Origin: Acaryochloris thomasi RCC1774
GTDB taxonomy: Bacteria; Cyanobacteriota; Cyanobacteriia; Thermosynechococcales; Thermosynechococcaceae
DNA: 32,000 bases
NCBI RefSeq assembly: GCF_003231495.1
Contig: NZ_PQWO01000001.1
Location: 450,001-482,000 of the forward strand
Reading direction: 5' to 3'
The notes under the pieces were generated by a model, which searched no databases, had not been told where the DNA came from, and was given only the letters and a program-made list of their open reading frames with translations. Shown here in pieces: positions 18,269-27,475 of the stretch. The translations under genes were made by a program, and so were the position numbers. Positions within the stretch are counted from its first letter, which is position 1. Each line of letters starts with the position of its first letter.

Positions 18269-18645
18269 TCGCTGGTTTGCCCAAATAGGTTCCTCGTTGA
18301 ACGTCTTCCAAGGACTCATCCATACTGGTAAAGATATCCCTTAACCCAAGACAACCAAGTTTTTCTTGGAGAACCACTTCAGCCGAAGACTGGATCTAAA
18401 TTTGTGAGAATATCCTTACCCCTATAAAGAGAGGCTCTAGCACTGACTTTACGCATCAACACTAGAGCCATAGACGCAGTTAGGAGGTATCTTGCCCCTA
18501 CCGTAGCGATACTTCGACAGACTCGGCTGTCTCTTAACGAAGTCTTTAGCGTTGTCCAATAAGCGCCAGCAGCATCAATCACCGCTTTTCGATAGGGCTG
18601 TTTGTTAACTTGCTAGAATCTGATGCAGGAACTGCATTTTATAGA

Positions 18646-18873
18646 ATGGAGCATGGCGTGGAGCTTGTGATTTTCATCGCTGCAGGGGTGGTGTCGTGGT
18701 TAGTCTTTACTTGGCTGCTTCGAGTTGTTAAGACCACTCTCAAAACTGCATTTTTAGTTGCGGCCATTGTGATGATTTTGCAGATTACCATTGGCGTTGG
18801 CCCCGATCAACTTTGGCAGGCCATCGCAGAGCTGCCCCAACAATTAGGACAGCTCTTCAACGATCAGTCTTGA
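18646..18873 (+). CDS. Small two-helix membrane protein (hypothetical)
   Basis: The 75-aa product has two hydrophobic segments (LVIFIAAGVVSWLVFTWLL; AFLVAAIVMILQITIGV). I prefer the ATG at 18646 over the TTG at 18610. No family was recognised. Confidence 0.45.
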   Translation: MEHGVELVIFIAAGVVSWLVFTWLLRVVKTTLKTAFLVAAIVMILQITIGVGPDQLWQAIAELPQQLGQLFNDQS

Positions 18874-18894
18874 GTCGTCTTGAGTTGGGGCTGC

Positions 18895-20241
<1,347 letters not shown>

Positions 20242-20346
20242 TCACCAGCAAAATCAAGAAGAGATACCTTAAAACATGGTAGGGGCATTACGCCAGAATG
20301 TAACTGCCTGAAAACGCAATTAACAAATAAAAAAACTGAGGGTTTT

Positions 20347-20769
20347 ATGAGAATCTTACACACAATGCTGAGAGTCAGCGATCTAGACAAGTCTCTCGCT
20401 TTCTACTGCGATGTTTTGGGCATGGATCTGCTGCGCCGCAAGGATTACCCCGGCGGTGAATTTACCTTGGCTTTTGTCGGTTATGGCAAGGAATCAGAGG
20501 AAGCTGTCTTGGAGCTAACCTACAACTGGGGGGTCGATAGTTATAATCTCGGGGATGCTTACGGCCATGTCGCGTTAGGAGTTGATGATATTTACACGAC
20601 CTGTGACGCTATTAAGGGTCTAGGGGGTAAGGTTGCTCGCGAGCCGGGGCCGATGAAACATGGTTCAACCGTCATTGCCTTTGTTGAGGATCCAGACGGC
20701 TATAAAGTAGAGCTGATCCAAACGAAGTCAAAGGTAGAAGAACCAACAATGGCCGCTGCTCGTACTTAA
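20347..20769 (+). CDS. gloA: Lactoylglutathione lyase (glyoxalase I)
   Basis: The match to GloA is nearly collinear: [59 protein letters not shown]. Confidence 0.93.
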   Translation: MRILHTMLRVSDLDKSLAFYCDVLGMDLLRRKDYPGGEFTLAFVGYGKESEEAVLELTYNWGVDSYNLGDAYGHVALGVDDIYTTCDAIKGLGGKVAREPGPMKHGSTVIAFVEDPDGYKVELIQTKSKVEEPTMAAART

Positions 20770-21066
20770 AGGTTCACTGCTCTACTGAGGGGGGAACGTC
20801 AAGCCAAAAAATAAATTGTCATATACGCTCTTGGCTTCGCTATCAAAATCGTTTAACTTACCTTATGTAAGGAGAAAAGCTTTGTATCGAAGGATTCATT
20901 ATTTCCTTCCATCGCAAAATAGTGTGTTTGCGATCGCAACGTAAGCTTTTCTTGGTGCAGTTTCTTTCAGCTCAATACCGTTCTGGTCCGCGTTGAAAGT
21001 ATCTAGTAGCCAAATCAGGGGAACTAGTAAGCCTCTGACTAAATAGATGAGTGAGGAGTAAATTTC

Positions 21067-22725
21067 ATGAAAAAGACATATCTAATTGCAGGAAGTCTCA
21101 GCTTATTAGGGTTCGCAGCGCAAGCTGTCCCTGCTAATGCTGCCGACACTTCCGTTAACGAAGCATCCACGAACGAAGTATCTGCCATTGCTGAAGGCGC
21201 TGTTGATCAGCCTCTTCTGCTCGCTGACCAGTCTGCAACAACTTCCGTCTCTGATTTGATGGAAGACAGTGGTTCTGACTCTGTTGGCCAGGTAACTTCT
21301 GTATCCCAGCTATCCGATGTGCAGCCTACAGACTGGGCCTTCCAGGCACTTCAGTCTTTGGTTGAGCGCTACGGCTGTATCGCGGGTTACCCCAACGGAA
21401 CATTCCGCGGCAACCGCTCTGCCACTCGTTACGAAATGGCTGCAGCTCTAAATGCTTGCCTAGACCAAATTAGCGATCGCTTTGCTTCCAAAGCTGATCT
21501 CGATGCCGTTAAAGCGCTACAGGATGAGTTTGCTGCTGAACTAGCTACTCTCCGAGGCCGCGTTGATGGTCTTGAGGCCCGCGTCGATACTGTTGAAGCA
21601 CAGCAATTTTCAACCACTACCAAACTTCAGGGTGAAGCCGTCTTGGCTGCTCAGTTTGGCGATGTCATCGACGGTGTTGACCCCTTCAACAACTCACGAG
21701 CTTCTGCCCTGTCACGAGTTCGTCTCAACTTCAACACTAGTTTTTCTGGTGATGACCTCTTACAAACACAGTTAGAAGTCGGTAACGGCGGTCAAGACTT
21801 CTTCACCGCCGCTGGTCTGAATGGTAACCCTGCATTGCCCGCCAACGGTCTAGGTGGACAAATCGACCTAGGTGCCGCTGACTTTGCTGGCATTGGCACT
21901 AACGTCACTTTGCGGCGCTTGGCTTACTCCTTTAAGCCGATTGGAGACGACCTCACTGTGACAGTGGGTACCAACATCTTCCCCAGTGACTTCATCGACT
22001 TCAACAGCTACGCCAACAACTCAGCTCAAGATTTCGCCTCTGGCTTCTTCATTAACAACCCGTTGATTATCAACGACGGCGTTGATTTGAATGGTGGTGC
22101 GGGTGCAGCCTTTGACTACAACTTCAACGGCGGACCTCTGAGCGTTCGTGGTGTGTATGTTGCCGCTGATGGCGACCAGGCAACCGGTGTCGGTGGCGGC
22201 GGATTAGGCTTCGGCGATCACCAAGCCTCTGCTGAAGTTGAGTTCGCGAATGCCTTTGGCGCTGATGGTGCCAACAGCTATGCAATTCGTCTACAGGGTA
22301 CTTTCTCTGAAGTCAACAGCATTCAGCAGCAGGTCGCTGGTGTGAACGCTGAAGTGAGCTTTGGCCGCATCGGCCTCTTTGGCCGCTACGGTATCTCCAT
22401 CGATCCTCAGAATGAGGCCGTTGCTGTTAACCAAGATCTGTTCGGTGGCGACAACCTCGTTCAGTCTTATCAGGTTGGTGCGGGTGTCAAAGATTTACTC
22501 ATCCCTGGTTCCTTGCTAGCTGCCGCCTTCGGTCAGCCTTTCCTTGACCCTAGTGTTGCAAACGGTGGCTCACCATTCACTCAATTCAACGTTGAGAGCT
22601 TCTACCGCGTGCCTGTTAACGATAATATTTCTATCACTCCTTCAGTGCAGTACATCGGCAACCCCGGTGGCGTCACTGGTGCGGATATCATTCAGGGCTT
22701 AGTTCGAGCTACCTTCTCTTTCTAA
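21067..22725 (+). CDS. Outer-membrane porin with an N-terminal SLH domain, coiled coil and OprB-like beta-barrel (cyanobacterial Som-type)
   Basis: A signal peptide is followed by an SLH motif (DVQPTDWAFQALQSLVERYGCIAGYPNGTFRGNRSATRYEMAAAL) and a coiled-coil segment. The C-terminal part is Gly/Asn/Phe-rich beta-strand sequence ending in ..RATFSF, a terminal Phe typical of outer-membrane proteins. Confidence 0.9.
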   Translation: MKKTYLIAGSLSLLGFAAQAVPANAADTSVNEASTNEVSAIAEGAVDQPLLLADQSATTSVSDLMEDSGSDSVGQVTSVSQLSDVQPTDWAFQALQSLVERYGCIAGYPNGTFRGNRSATRYEMAAALNACLDQISDRFASKADLDAVKALQDEFAAELATLRGRVDGLEARVDTVEAQQFSTTTKLQGEAVLAAQFGDVIDGVDPFNNSRASALSRVRLNFNTSFSGDDLLQTQLEVGNGGQDFFTAAGLNGNPALPANGLGGQIDLGAADFAGIGTNVTLRRLAYSFKPIGDDLTVTVGTNIFPSDFIDFNSYANNSAQDFASGFFINNPLIINDGVDLNGGAGAAFDYNFNGGPLSVRGVYVAADGDQATGVGGGGLGFGDHQASAEVEFANAFGADGANSYAIRLQGTFSEVNSIQQQVAGVNAEVSFGRIGLFGRYGISIDPQNEAVAVNQDLFGGDNLVQSYQVGAGVKDLLIPGSLLAAAFGQPFLDPSVANGGSPFTQFNVESFYRVPVNDNISITPSVQYIGNPGGVTGADIIQGLVRATFSF

Positions 22726-22770
22726 AACCTCAATGTGATCTTCAGTTGATGTTCAACTGACGTTCAATAG

Positions 22771-22805
22771 AAAAAGCGCTTCCACTCCGTTGGAAGCGCT
22801 TTTTC
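22771..22805 (+). terminator. Rho-independent terminator after the porin gene, potentially bidirectional
   Basis: AGCGCTTCCA (22775-22784) and TGGAAGCGCT (22791-22800) form a perfect 10-bp stem with a 6-nt loop. It is flanked by AAAAA upstream and TTTTT downstream. Confidence 0.85.
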
Positions 22806-22850
22806 TATAGGTTAGTGGCTGGATGACGATTGTTACACAGCGATGAGCTA

Positions 22851-22886
22851 GATCCCCCCCAGCCCCCCTTGAAAAAGGGGGAGAAT
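22851..22886. repeat. C5/G5 hairpin repeat, copy 2
   Basis: The sequence is GATCCCCCCCAGCCCCCCTTGAAAAAGGGGGAGAAT. Its reverse complement has the same architecture as 12711-12737: TCTCCCCC, loop, GGGGG(G), two bases, then a G-run. Confidence 0.5.
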
Positions 22887-23015
22887 ATAAGCCAGATAGT
22901 AGATTTCAAGCCTTGTGGGTAAGGGATAGCCTTATCGATAGACTGGGCTGGGGCAAATGAATTCTTTTTGACAACAGCAGCAGGTTAAACTGTCCAGGCA
23001 GATGAGGAGAGAAGG

Positions 23016-23906
23016 ATGACCTCAGCAGAATCGGAAAGGCGATCCAGTACGCTAGTGCCAGGAAGACTTTGGAATCAGATTGTTTATCGAACTCAGCAGG
23101 CGATAACCTGTGGGGCACTGCAGTCTATTTCCACCACTACTGAAAGAATTGAGCAGCAGGGTCTAAATTTTATTGTTCGGGTGTCCGATAACATTGCTCG
23201 TAAAGTGTCGGTCGCCAAAAAGTCGAAGAACAAGCGTAATCCTTTTTTGCCCTACGAAGAAGAATTATTTGTTGCGGATGTGTCCTCTACGCATGTGGCA
23301 CTCTTGAATAAATTCAATGTTGTTGACCATCATCTGCTAATTATTACCCGTCACTTTGAGCCACAAGAGAGCTGGTTAACGCTGCCAGACTTTAAGGCAC
23401 TGGCGAGCTGTCTCGCCGAAGTGGATGGTCTTGCGTTCTACAACGGAGGTCGGACTGCTGGAGCCAGTCAAGGCCATAAACATCTTCAGATTGTGCCGCT
23501 GCCCCTCATCGAGAACGACATCTTCGCGACGCCGCTTGAGGCGCTGACAATGACTCCTTCTATCACTCAAGGGATGCTAGAGTTGCCGTTCTTGCACGGT
23601 ATTGCGCCCCTGTCTGTGGACTGGACGGCATCATCTCAGGCCGTCGCAACGGAGCTGATACAAAGCTATCGCAGCCTATACGAAGCCGCCGAGTTGTCCG
23701 CAGAAGATCATCCCCAGCCCTACAGTCTTCTGGTGACTCGTCGTTGGATGTTGCTGGTTCCCCGATCGCAAGAATCTCACGCTCACATTTCTGTCAATGC
23801 TTTGGGGTTTGCCGGTTCGCTGTTTGTTCGAGATTATGACCAGCTTGAGCGGCTTAAGCAGATAGGCCCGATGTCCCTGCTCCAGAAGGTTACATACCCC
23901 AGGTAG
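23016..23906 (+). CDS. ATP adenylyltransferase / Ap4A phosphorylase-like protein (HIT-related)
   Basis: NPFLPYEEELFV..LLNKFNVVDHHLLIITRHFE and the histidine motif GHKHLQIVPLP match the Apa2-like ATP adenylyltransferase family as I recall it. Confidence 0.65.
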   Translation: MTSAESERRSSTLVPGRLWNQIVYRTQQAITCGALQSISTTTERIEQQGLNFIVRVSDNIARKVSVAKKSKNKRNPFLPYEEELFVADVSSTHVALLNKFNVVDHHLLIITRHFEPQESWLTLPDFKALASCLAEVDGLAFYNGGRTAGASQGHKHLQIVPLPLIENDIFATPLEALTMTPSITQGMLELPFLHGIAPLSVDWTASSQAVATELIQSYRSLYEAAELSAEDHPQPYSLLVTRRWMLLVPRSQESHAHISVNALGFAGSLFVRDYDQLERLKQIGPMSLLQKVTYPR

Positions 23907-24025
23907 GTTTTCCCCACTATGAGGGCTGAGTTGAAAACGATATTATAAGGCTGTCGTTGCCGATGCTTTATCCAAAGTCGTCTAGACCTTTATAAAGGAT
24001 CAGCTACCTTACGGAGATCGCGTTG

Positions 24026-24394
24026 ATGGTCCTTAACACCTACGATTCAGATAAGCGCAGGCTCTTGTCTTCTCTTTGCCACGGGGCTATTTTTTTCAGC
24101 CCTCTTGTCCTGTCGGCGGGGATTCCCTTTGCCATTTTGACGGTTTCTGATGACCCGGTCGTCAAAGAAAGCGCTAAGGAATCTCTGAATTATCACTTCA
24201 ATATCTGGTTCTACGGTCTGATTGCAGGAATTATTAGTTTTTTCTGGTGGACCATTATTTTGCTTCCCCTGATTTGGCTAGTGGCTGCATTCTTGCTGTT
24301 TATGACCTGGATTGTGCCGATTGTTGCGATCGCAAGCTGCTGGAGTAATCCTGACGAGAGCTACCGATATCCTTTTATTTTCCGGCTTCTATAA
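24026..24394 (+). CDS. DUF4870-like membrane protein
   Basis: LCHGAIFFSPLVL..PFAIL....DPVVKESAKESLNYHFNIWFY, followed by two more transmembrane segments, fits the DUF4870 pattern (from memory). Confidence 0.55.
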   Translation: MVLNTYDSDKRRLLSSLCHGAIFFSPLVLSAGIPFAILTVSDDPVVKESAKESLNYHFNIWFYGLIAGIISFFWWTIILLPLIWLVAAFLLFMTWIVPIVAIASCWSNPDESYRYPFIFRLL

Positions 24395-24410
24395 AGAGAG
24401 GGCTGTGTTG

Positions 24411-24584
24411 TTAGCTCTCAGCTTCATCAGTCCAGCCACAGCTTGAGCAGTGGCTCTGGCCGATGACTCGGTCCACAAGCTGCAGTTTCTGCTCGCACTC
24501 AGGACATTGCCCCGTGAAAAAAGGGTGGGTCATGACTTGACGAATTTGCTTGAGATATTGATTTTGTTGAGATGACACATACAT
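24411..24584 (-). CDS. Small zinc-ribbon protein (hypothetical)
   Basis: The 57-aa product starts at the ATG at 24584 (the TTG at 24620 is an alternative). It has two CxxC pairs (CPECEQ ... CSSCGW). Confidence 0.45.
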   Translation of the reverse strand: MYVSSQQNQYLKQIRQVMTHPFFTGQCPECEQKLQLVDRVIGQSHCSSCGWTDEAES

Positions 24585-24872
24585 GGAAGTGCAGGGATCA
24601 GAGTAGTTTGTAATCGACAAAATAACAAGTTGGGCAGCCTAACCTTTGCTGATGAGTGAAACTGGGTGAAGGTAAGAGATCCAGTACTGTTTTCCGGTTC
24701 ACTTCAGCGCTCTTTCTCTAATGTGGCAGATCTATTTTGCCTTTAACCTCTGGGAAACTACGGAACTGAAACAGCTCTTTCTGTGGTAATGGCGATGTCT
24801 GTAGCCGCTGTTGTCCTCAGTTGTGACGGGTAAACCGATAAGCTGAAGCTGGGTATGTGAGAGAGGAGTGGA

Positions 24873-26447
24873 ATGCAGGATCGATCTGAGCAGTTCAAGC
24901 AACTGCAGGCCCAACTGGCCGAACGCTGGCAGTCGATTGAGGAACTAGAGCAGGAAGATGCCGATATTTTGGTGATTCCTTCTTTTAGTTTGGATCAGCA
25001 GGAGCTACAAAAAATTGATGGTTTTTTGCATTATGAAGAGCGACTGCTGTTTTCGCTCATTCGCCTGCGTCATCCACAGACGCGGCTAATTTATGTCACG
25101 TCTCAGCCACTGCCGCCGATCGTAATTGATTATTATCTGCAGCTTTTACCCGGCATTCCGTTTTCCCATGCGCGTGATCGCCTGTTACTATTGCCGATTT
25201 ATGATCAGTCGGCTAAGTCTTTGAGCCAGAAGCTGTTAGATCGGCCGCGTCTACTAGATCGCATTCGTCAGTCTCTTCGGCCTCATCGCTCCTACATGGT
25301 TTGCTTCAACTCGACAGAGCTGGAGCGGGAATTATCGCTTCAGCTTGATATTCCACTCCTCGCAGCGAATCCTGATTTGCTGCACTGGGGAACCAAGAGC
25401 GGCAGCCGGGAAGCTTTTGCAGACTGCATGGTGCCCCACCCGGATGGCAGTTTGTTGATGCAAACGCCGGAGGATTTGGTGAAGGCGGCAGCGGAATTAT
25501 GGTCGCGTCAGCCGCACCTGAAACGGATGGTGGTGAAGCTCAATCAGGGATTCTCGGGCGAGGGGAATGCGTTGCTTAACCTCCAGGATGTGCCGCAGTC
25601 TGATCTAACGTTTGCCGATCGGCTAGCTATTATTGGCGATCGCATGCCTCAGCTTGCCTTTGAAGCAGAGGGCGAAACTTGGCCCCATTTTTGCGATCGC
25701 ATCCTGAAGCTCGGCGCAATTGTCGAAGCATTTGTCGAAGGTGAAAATAAACGTTCACCTAGCGTTCAGGGTCGTGTAACCCCTGCTGGCAGCGTCGAGA
25801 TCTTGTCTACCCACGATCAAATCCTTGGCGGACCCAGTGGACAAATATACCTTGGCTGTCGTTTTCCTGCCGATGCAGCCTATCGCCTCCAGCTTCAAGA
25901 TCTAGGCCTAAAGATAGGACAGTACCTCGCCCAAAAAGGGGTTTTGGAGCGCTATAGCGTTGATTTCGTTGCAGTGCCCCATCAATCTGACACAGGTGAA
26001 ACCTGTTGGGATCTGCATGCCATTGAGATCAATCTACGCAAGGGGGGGACCACCCACCCCTTTATGACCCTGAAATTGCTTACCAACGGGACCTATGATC
26101 ATCAAACGGGTGAATTTTTTGGTCAACAGGGTTTACCAAAATGCTACGTCGCCACCGATAATCTCTGCAAAGATCTCTATCAAGGCTTATTGCCCAACGA
26201 CCTGATGGATATTATTGCTGACCATCACTTGCATTTTGAAACCGGTAGCGAAACGGGGACCGTCTTTCATCTTATGGGCTGCTTATCCGAGTTTGGCAAG
26301 CTAGGTTTAACCAGCATTGGGAATACTCCAGAGCAAGCTGATGCTATATATCGTCAGGTTATTGACGTTTTAGATCTTGAGACCGCCACTCCAGCATTGA
26401 ATAGTGCGAGGCGATCGCCCACTTTGCCAATTGGCTGGAGCCATTGA
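24873..26447 (+). CDS. ATP-grasp-type carboxylate-amine/peptide ligase, PGM1-related (tentative)
   Basis: The central block MVVKLNQGFSGEGNALL and the later block AIEINLRKGGTTHPF resemble the ATP-grasp core. The architecture of about 520 aa with a pre-ATP-grasp N-terminal region resembles PGM1-like ligases. The assignment is from memory only. Confidence 0.5.
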   Translation: MQDRSEQFKQLQAQLAERWQSIEELEQEDADILVIPSFSLDQQELQKIDGFLHYEERLLFSLIRLRHPQTRLIYVTSQPLPPIVIDYYLQLLPGIPFSHARDRLLLLPIYDQSAKSLSQKLLDRPRLLDRIRQSLRPHRSYMVCFNSTELERELSLQLDIPLLAANPDLLHWGTKSGSREAFADCMVPHPDGSLLMQTPEDLVKAAAELWSRQPHLKRMVVKLNQGFSGEGNALLNLQDVPQSDLTFADRLAIIGDRMPQLAFEAEGETWPHFCDRILKLGAIVEAFVEGENKRSPSVQGRVTPAGSVEILSTHDQILGGPSGQIYLGCRFPADAAYRLQLQDLGLKIGQYLAQKGVLERYSVDFVAVPHQSDTGETCWDLHAIEINLRKGGTTHPFMTLKLLTNGTYDHQTGEFFGQQGLPKCYVATDNLCKDLYQGLLPNDLMDIIADHHLHFETGSETGTVFHLMGCLSEFGKLGLTSIGNTPEQADAIYRQVIDVLDLETATPALNSARRSPTLPIGWSH

Positions 26448-26510
26448 ACAAAATGCTTCGGAAGCTCGAACACTCTTGATGCTTGACTAAAAATATATAG
26501 TGCCATACAG

Positions 26511-26640
26511 ATTGATCAGAACACTGTGATGCCTGAAACCGAGACACGATGTAGCAGAGCTGTCCTAACTCAGCTGAATACTGCCATAGCTCCATTTTGG
26601 GGCATATGCCTGGAAAAACAGCAAAATTAGTTCTCCTATG
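26511..26640. other. Candidate non-coding element, copy B (paralogue of 18132-18268)
   Basis: The alignment is described under copy A. The hairpin is AGCTG (26558-26562) / CAGCT (26571-26575) with loop TCCTAACT. A second hairpin region lies around 26595-26618 (TTTT..GGCatatGCC..AAAA). It overlaps a 33-codon ORF at 26529-26630. Confidence 0.3.
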
Positions 26641-26954
26641 TAAATATACGGGCCAGAGAGAGACTAGATTTCTGGCTCAAAAAAATTTGAATAGAAAACT
26701 CAGTAGAACCACTGATAGTTCATCGGTTCTTTTGGTCCATTCTAAATATGGAAAGATTCGTTAATTCAGCCTTTTTACGCTCAATATCTCTTCTCACTAG
26801 ATTCCCATCTTTAGCTGAGTGAGGTTCACGTAAAAGACGGTAGTTCTAATTGCTGTGCAAGACTCCTTCTACAAGATGAGCTTGCGTCGCAACGGATATT
26901 TACTCTCTGAGTCTGAACCTGATCTAACTCCTACCTAAACCGAGGCTAGCGGCT

Positions 26955-27329
26955 ATGTCTTTTTATCAAGCACAAATCTACAAGAATGTAATGGAAGCGC
27001 TAGTCGCGGAAGAAATCAAGAGCCAGCTTAATCAAAATCCGGCCTATCGATCTCAGAAAATCAACATCACTGAGGTTGCAACCTACGCTCTTAATCGAGT
27101 GCCCCCCCTCTACGCTTCGAGTCAAGAAGGTCTTTATCGCCAGAAACAACGGGCACAGAAAGAATTTGGTCAGCACTTAAAAGCTGCAGTCCACAAAGGC
27201 TTAGAAATTGTGACGAGCAAGCCCCTGAGACTCACAACGCCCTTGTTGCCCGAAGAAGATCTAGAGGCCGAAGCACAATTGGCGCGCATGGCTTTAGAAA
27301 GACTACCAATGGAAGGTGAACTCTTCTAA
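26955..27329 (+). CDS. ComFB-family protein (late-competence ComFB fold; cyanobacterial members are reported cyclic-dinucleotide receptors)
   Basis: YKNVMEALVAEEIKSQL ... ITEVATYALNRVPPLYASSQEGLYRQ is the characteristic ComFB core of cyanobacteria. Confidence 0.7.
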   Translation: MSFYQAQIYKNVMEALVAEEIKSQLNQNPAYRSQKINITEVATYALNRVPPLYASSQEGLYRQKQRAQKEFGQHLKAAVHKGLEIVTSKPLRLTTPLLPEEDLEAEAQLARMALERLPMEGELF

Positions 27330-27475
27330 GTCTTTCTTGCAACGTGTCTTAACTGCATCTATCGCAATGCAGTCGCTGCTAGCCTCAGCCCTGAAACTGC
27401 AGTTTATAGGCTAGTTTGTGATCATGGCCTGCTCGATTCAGCAGCGTCAGCAGATTAGCGTTTAGATGTAGACGA

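Noticed and set aside
18379-18582. 67-aa minus-strand ORF in the large gene-free region
   Set aside because: The composition is Arg/Ser/Thr-rich and of low complexity, and I recognise no motif. It lies in a region with stops in the neighbouring frames and has no obvious RBS. I treat it as spurious or at best a decayed relic.
26359-26595. 78-aa minus-strand ORF overlapping the ATP-grasp 3' end and element B
   Set aside because: It is antisense to a supported CDS for a third of its length, shows no motif, and the remainder lies in AT-rich non-coding sequence.
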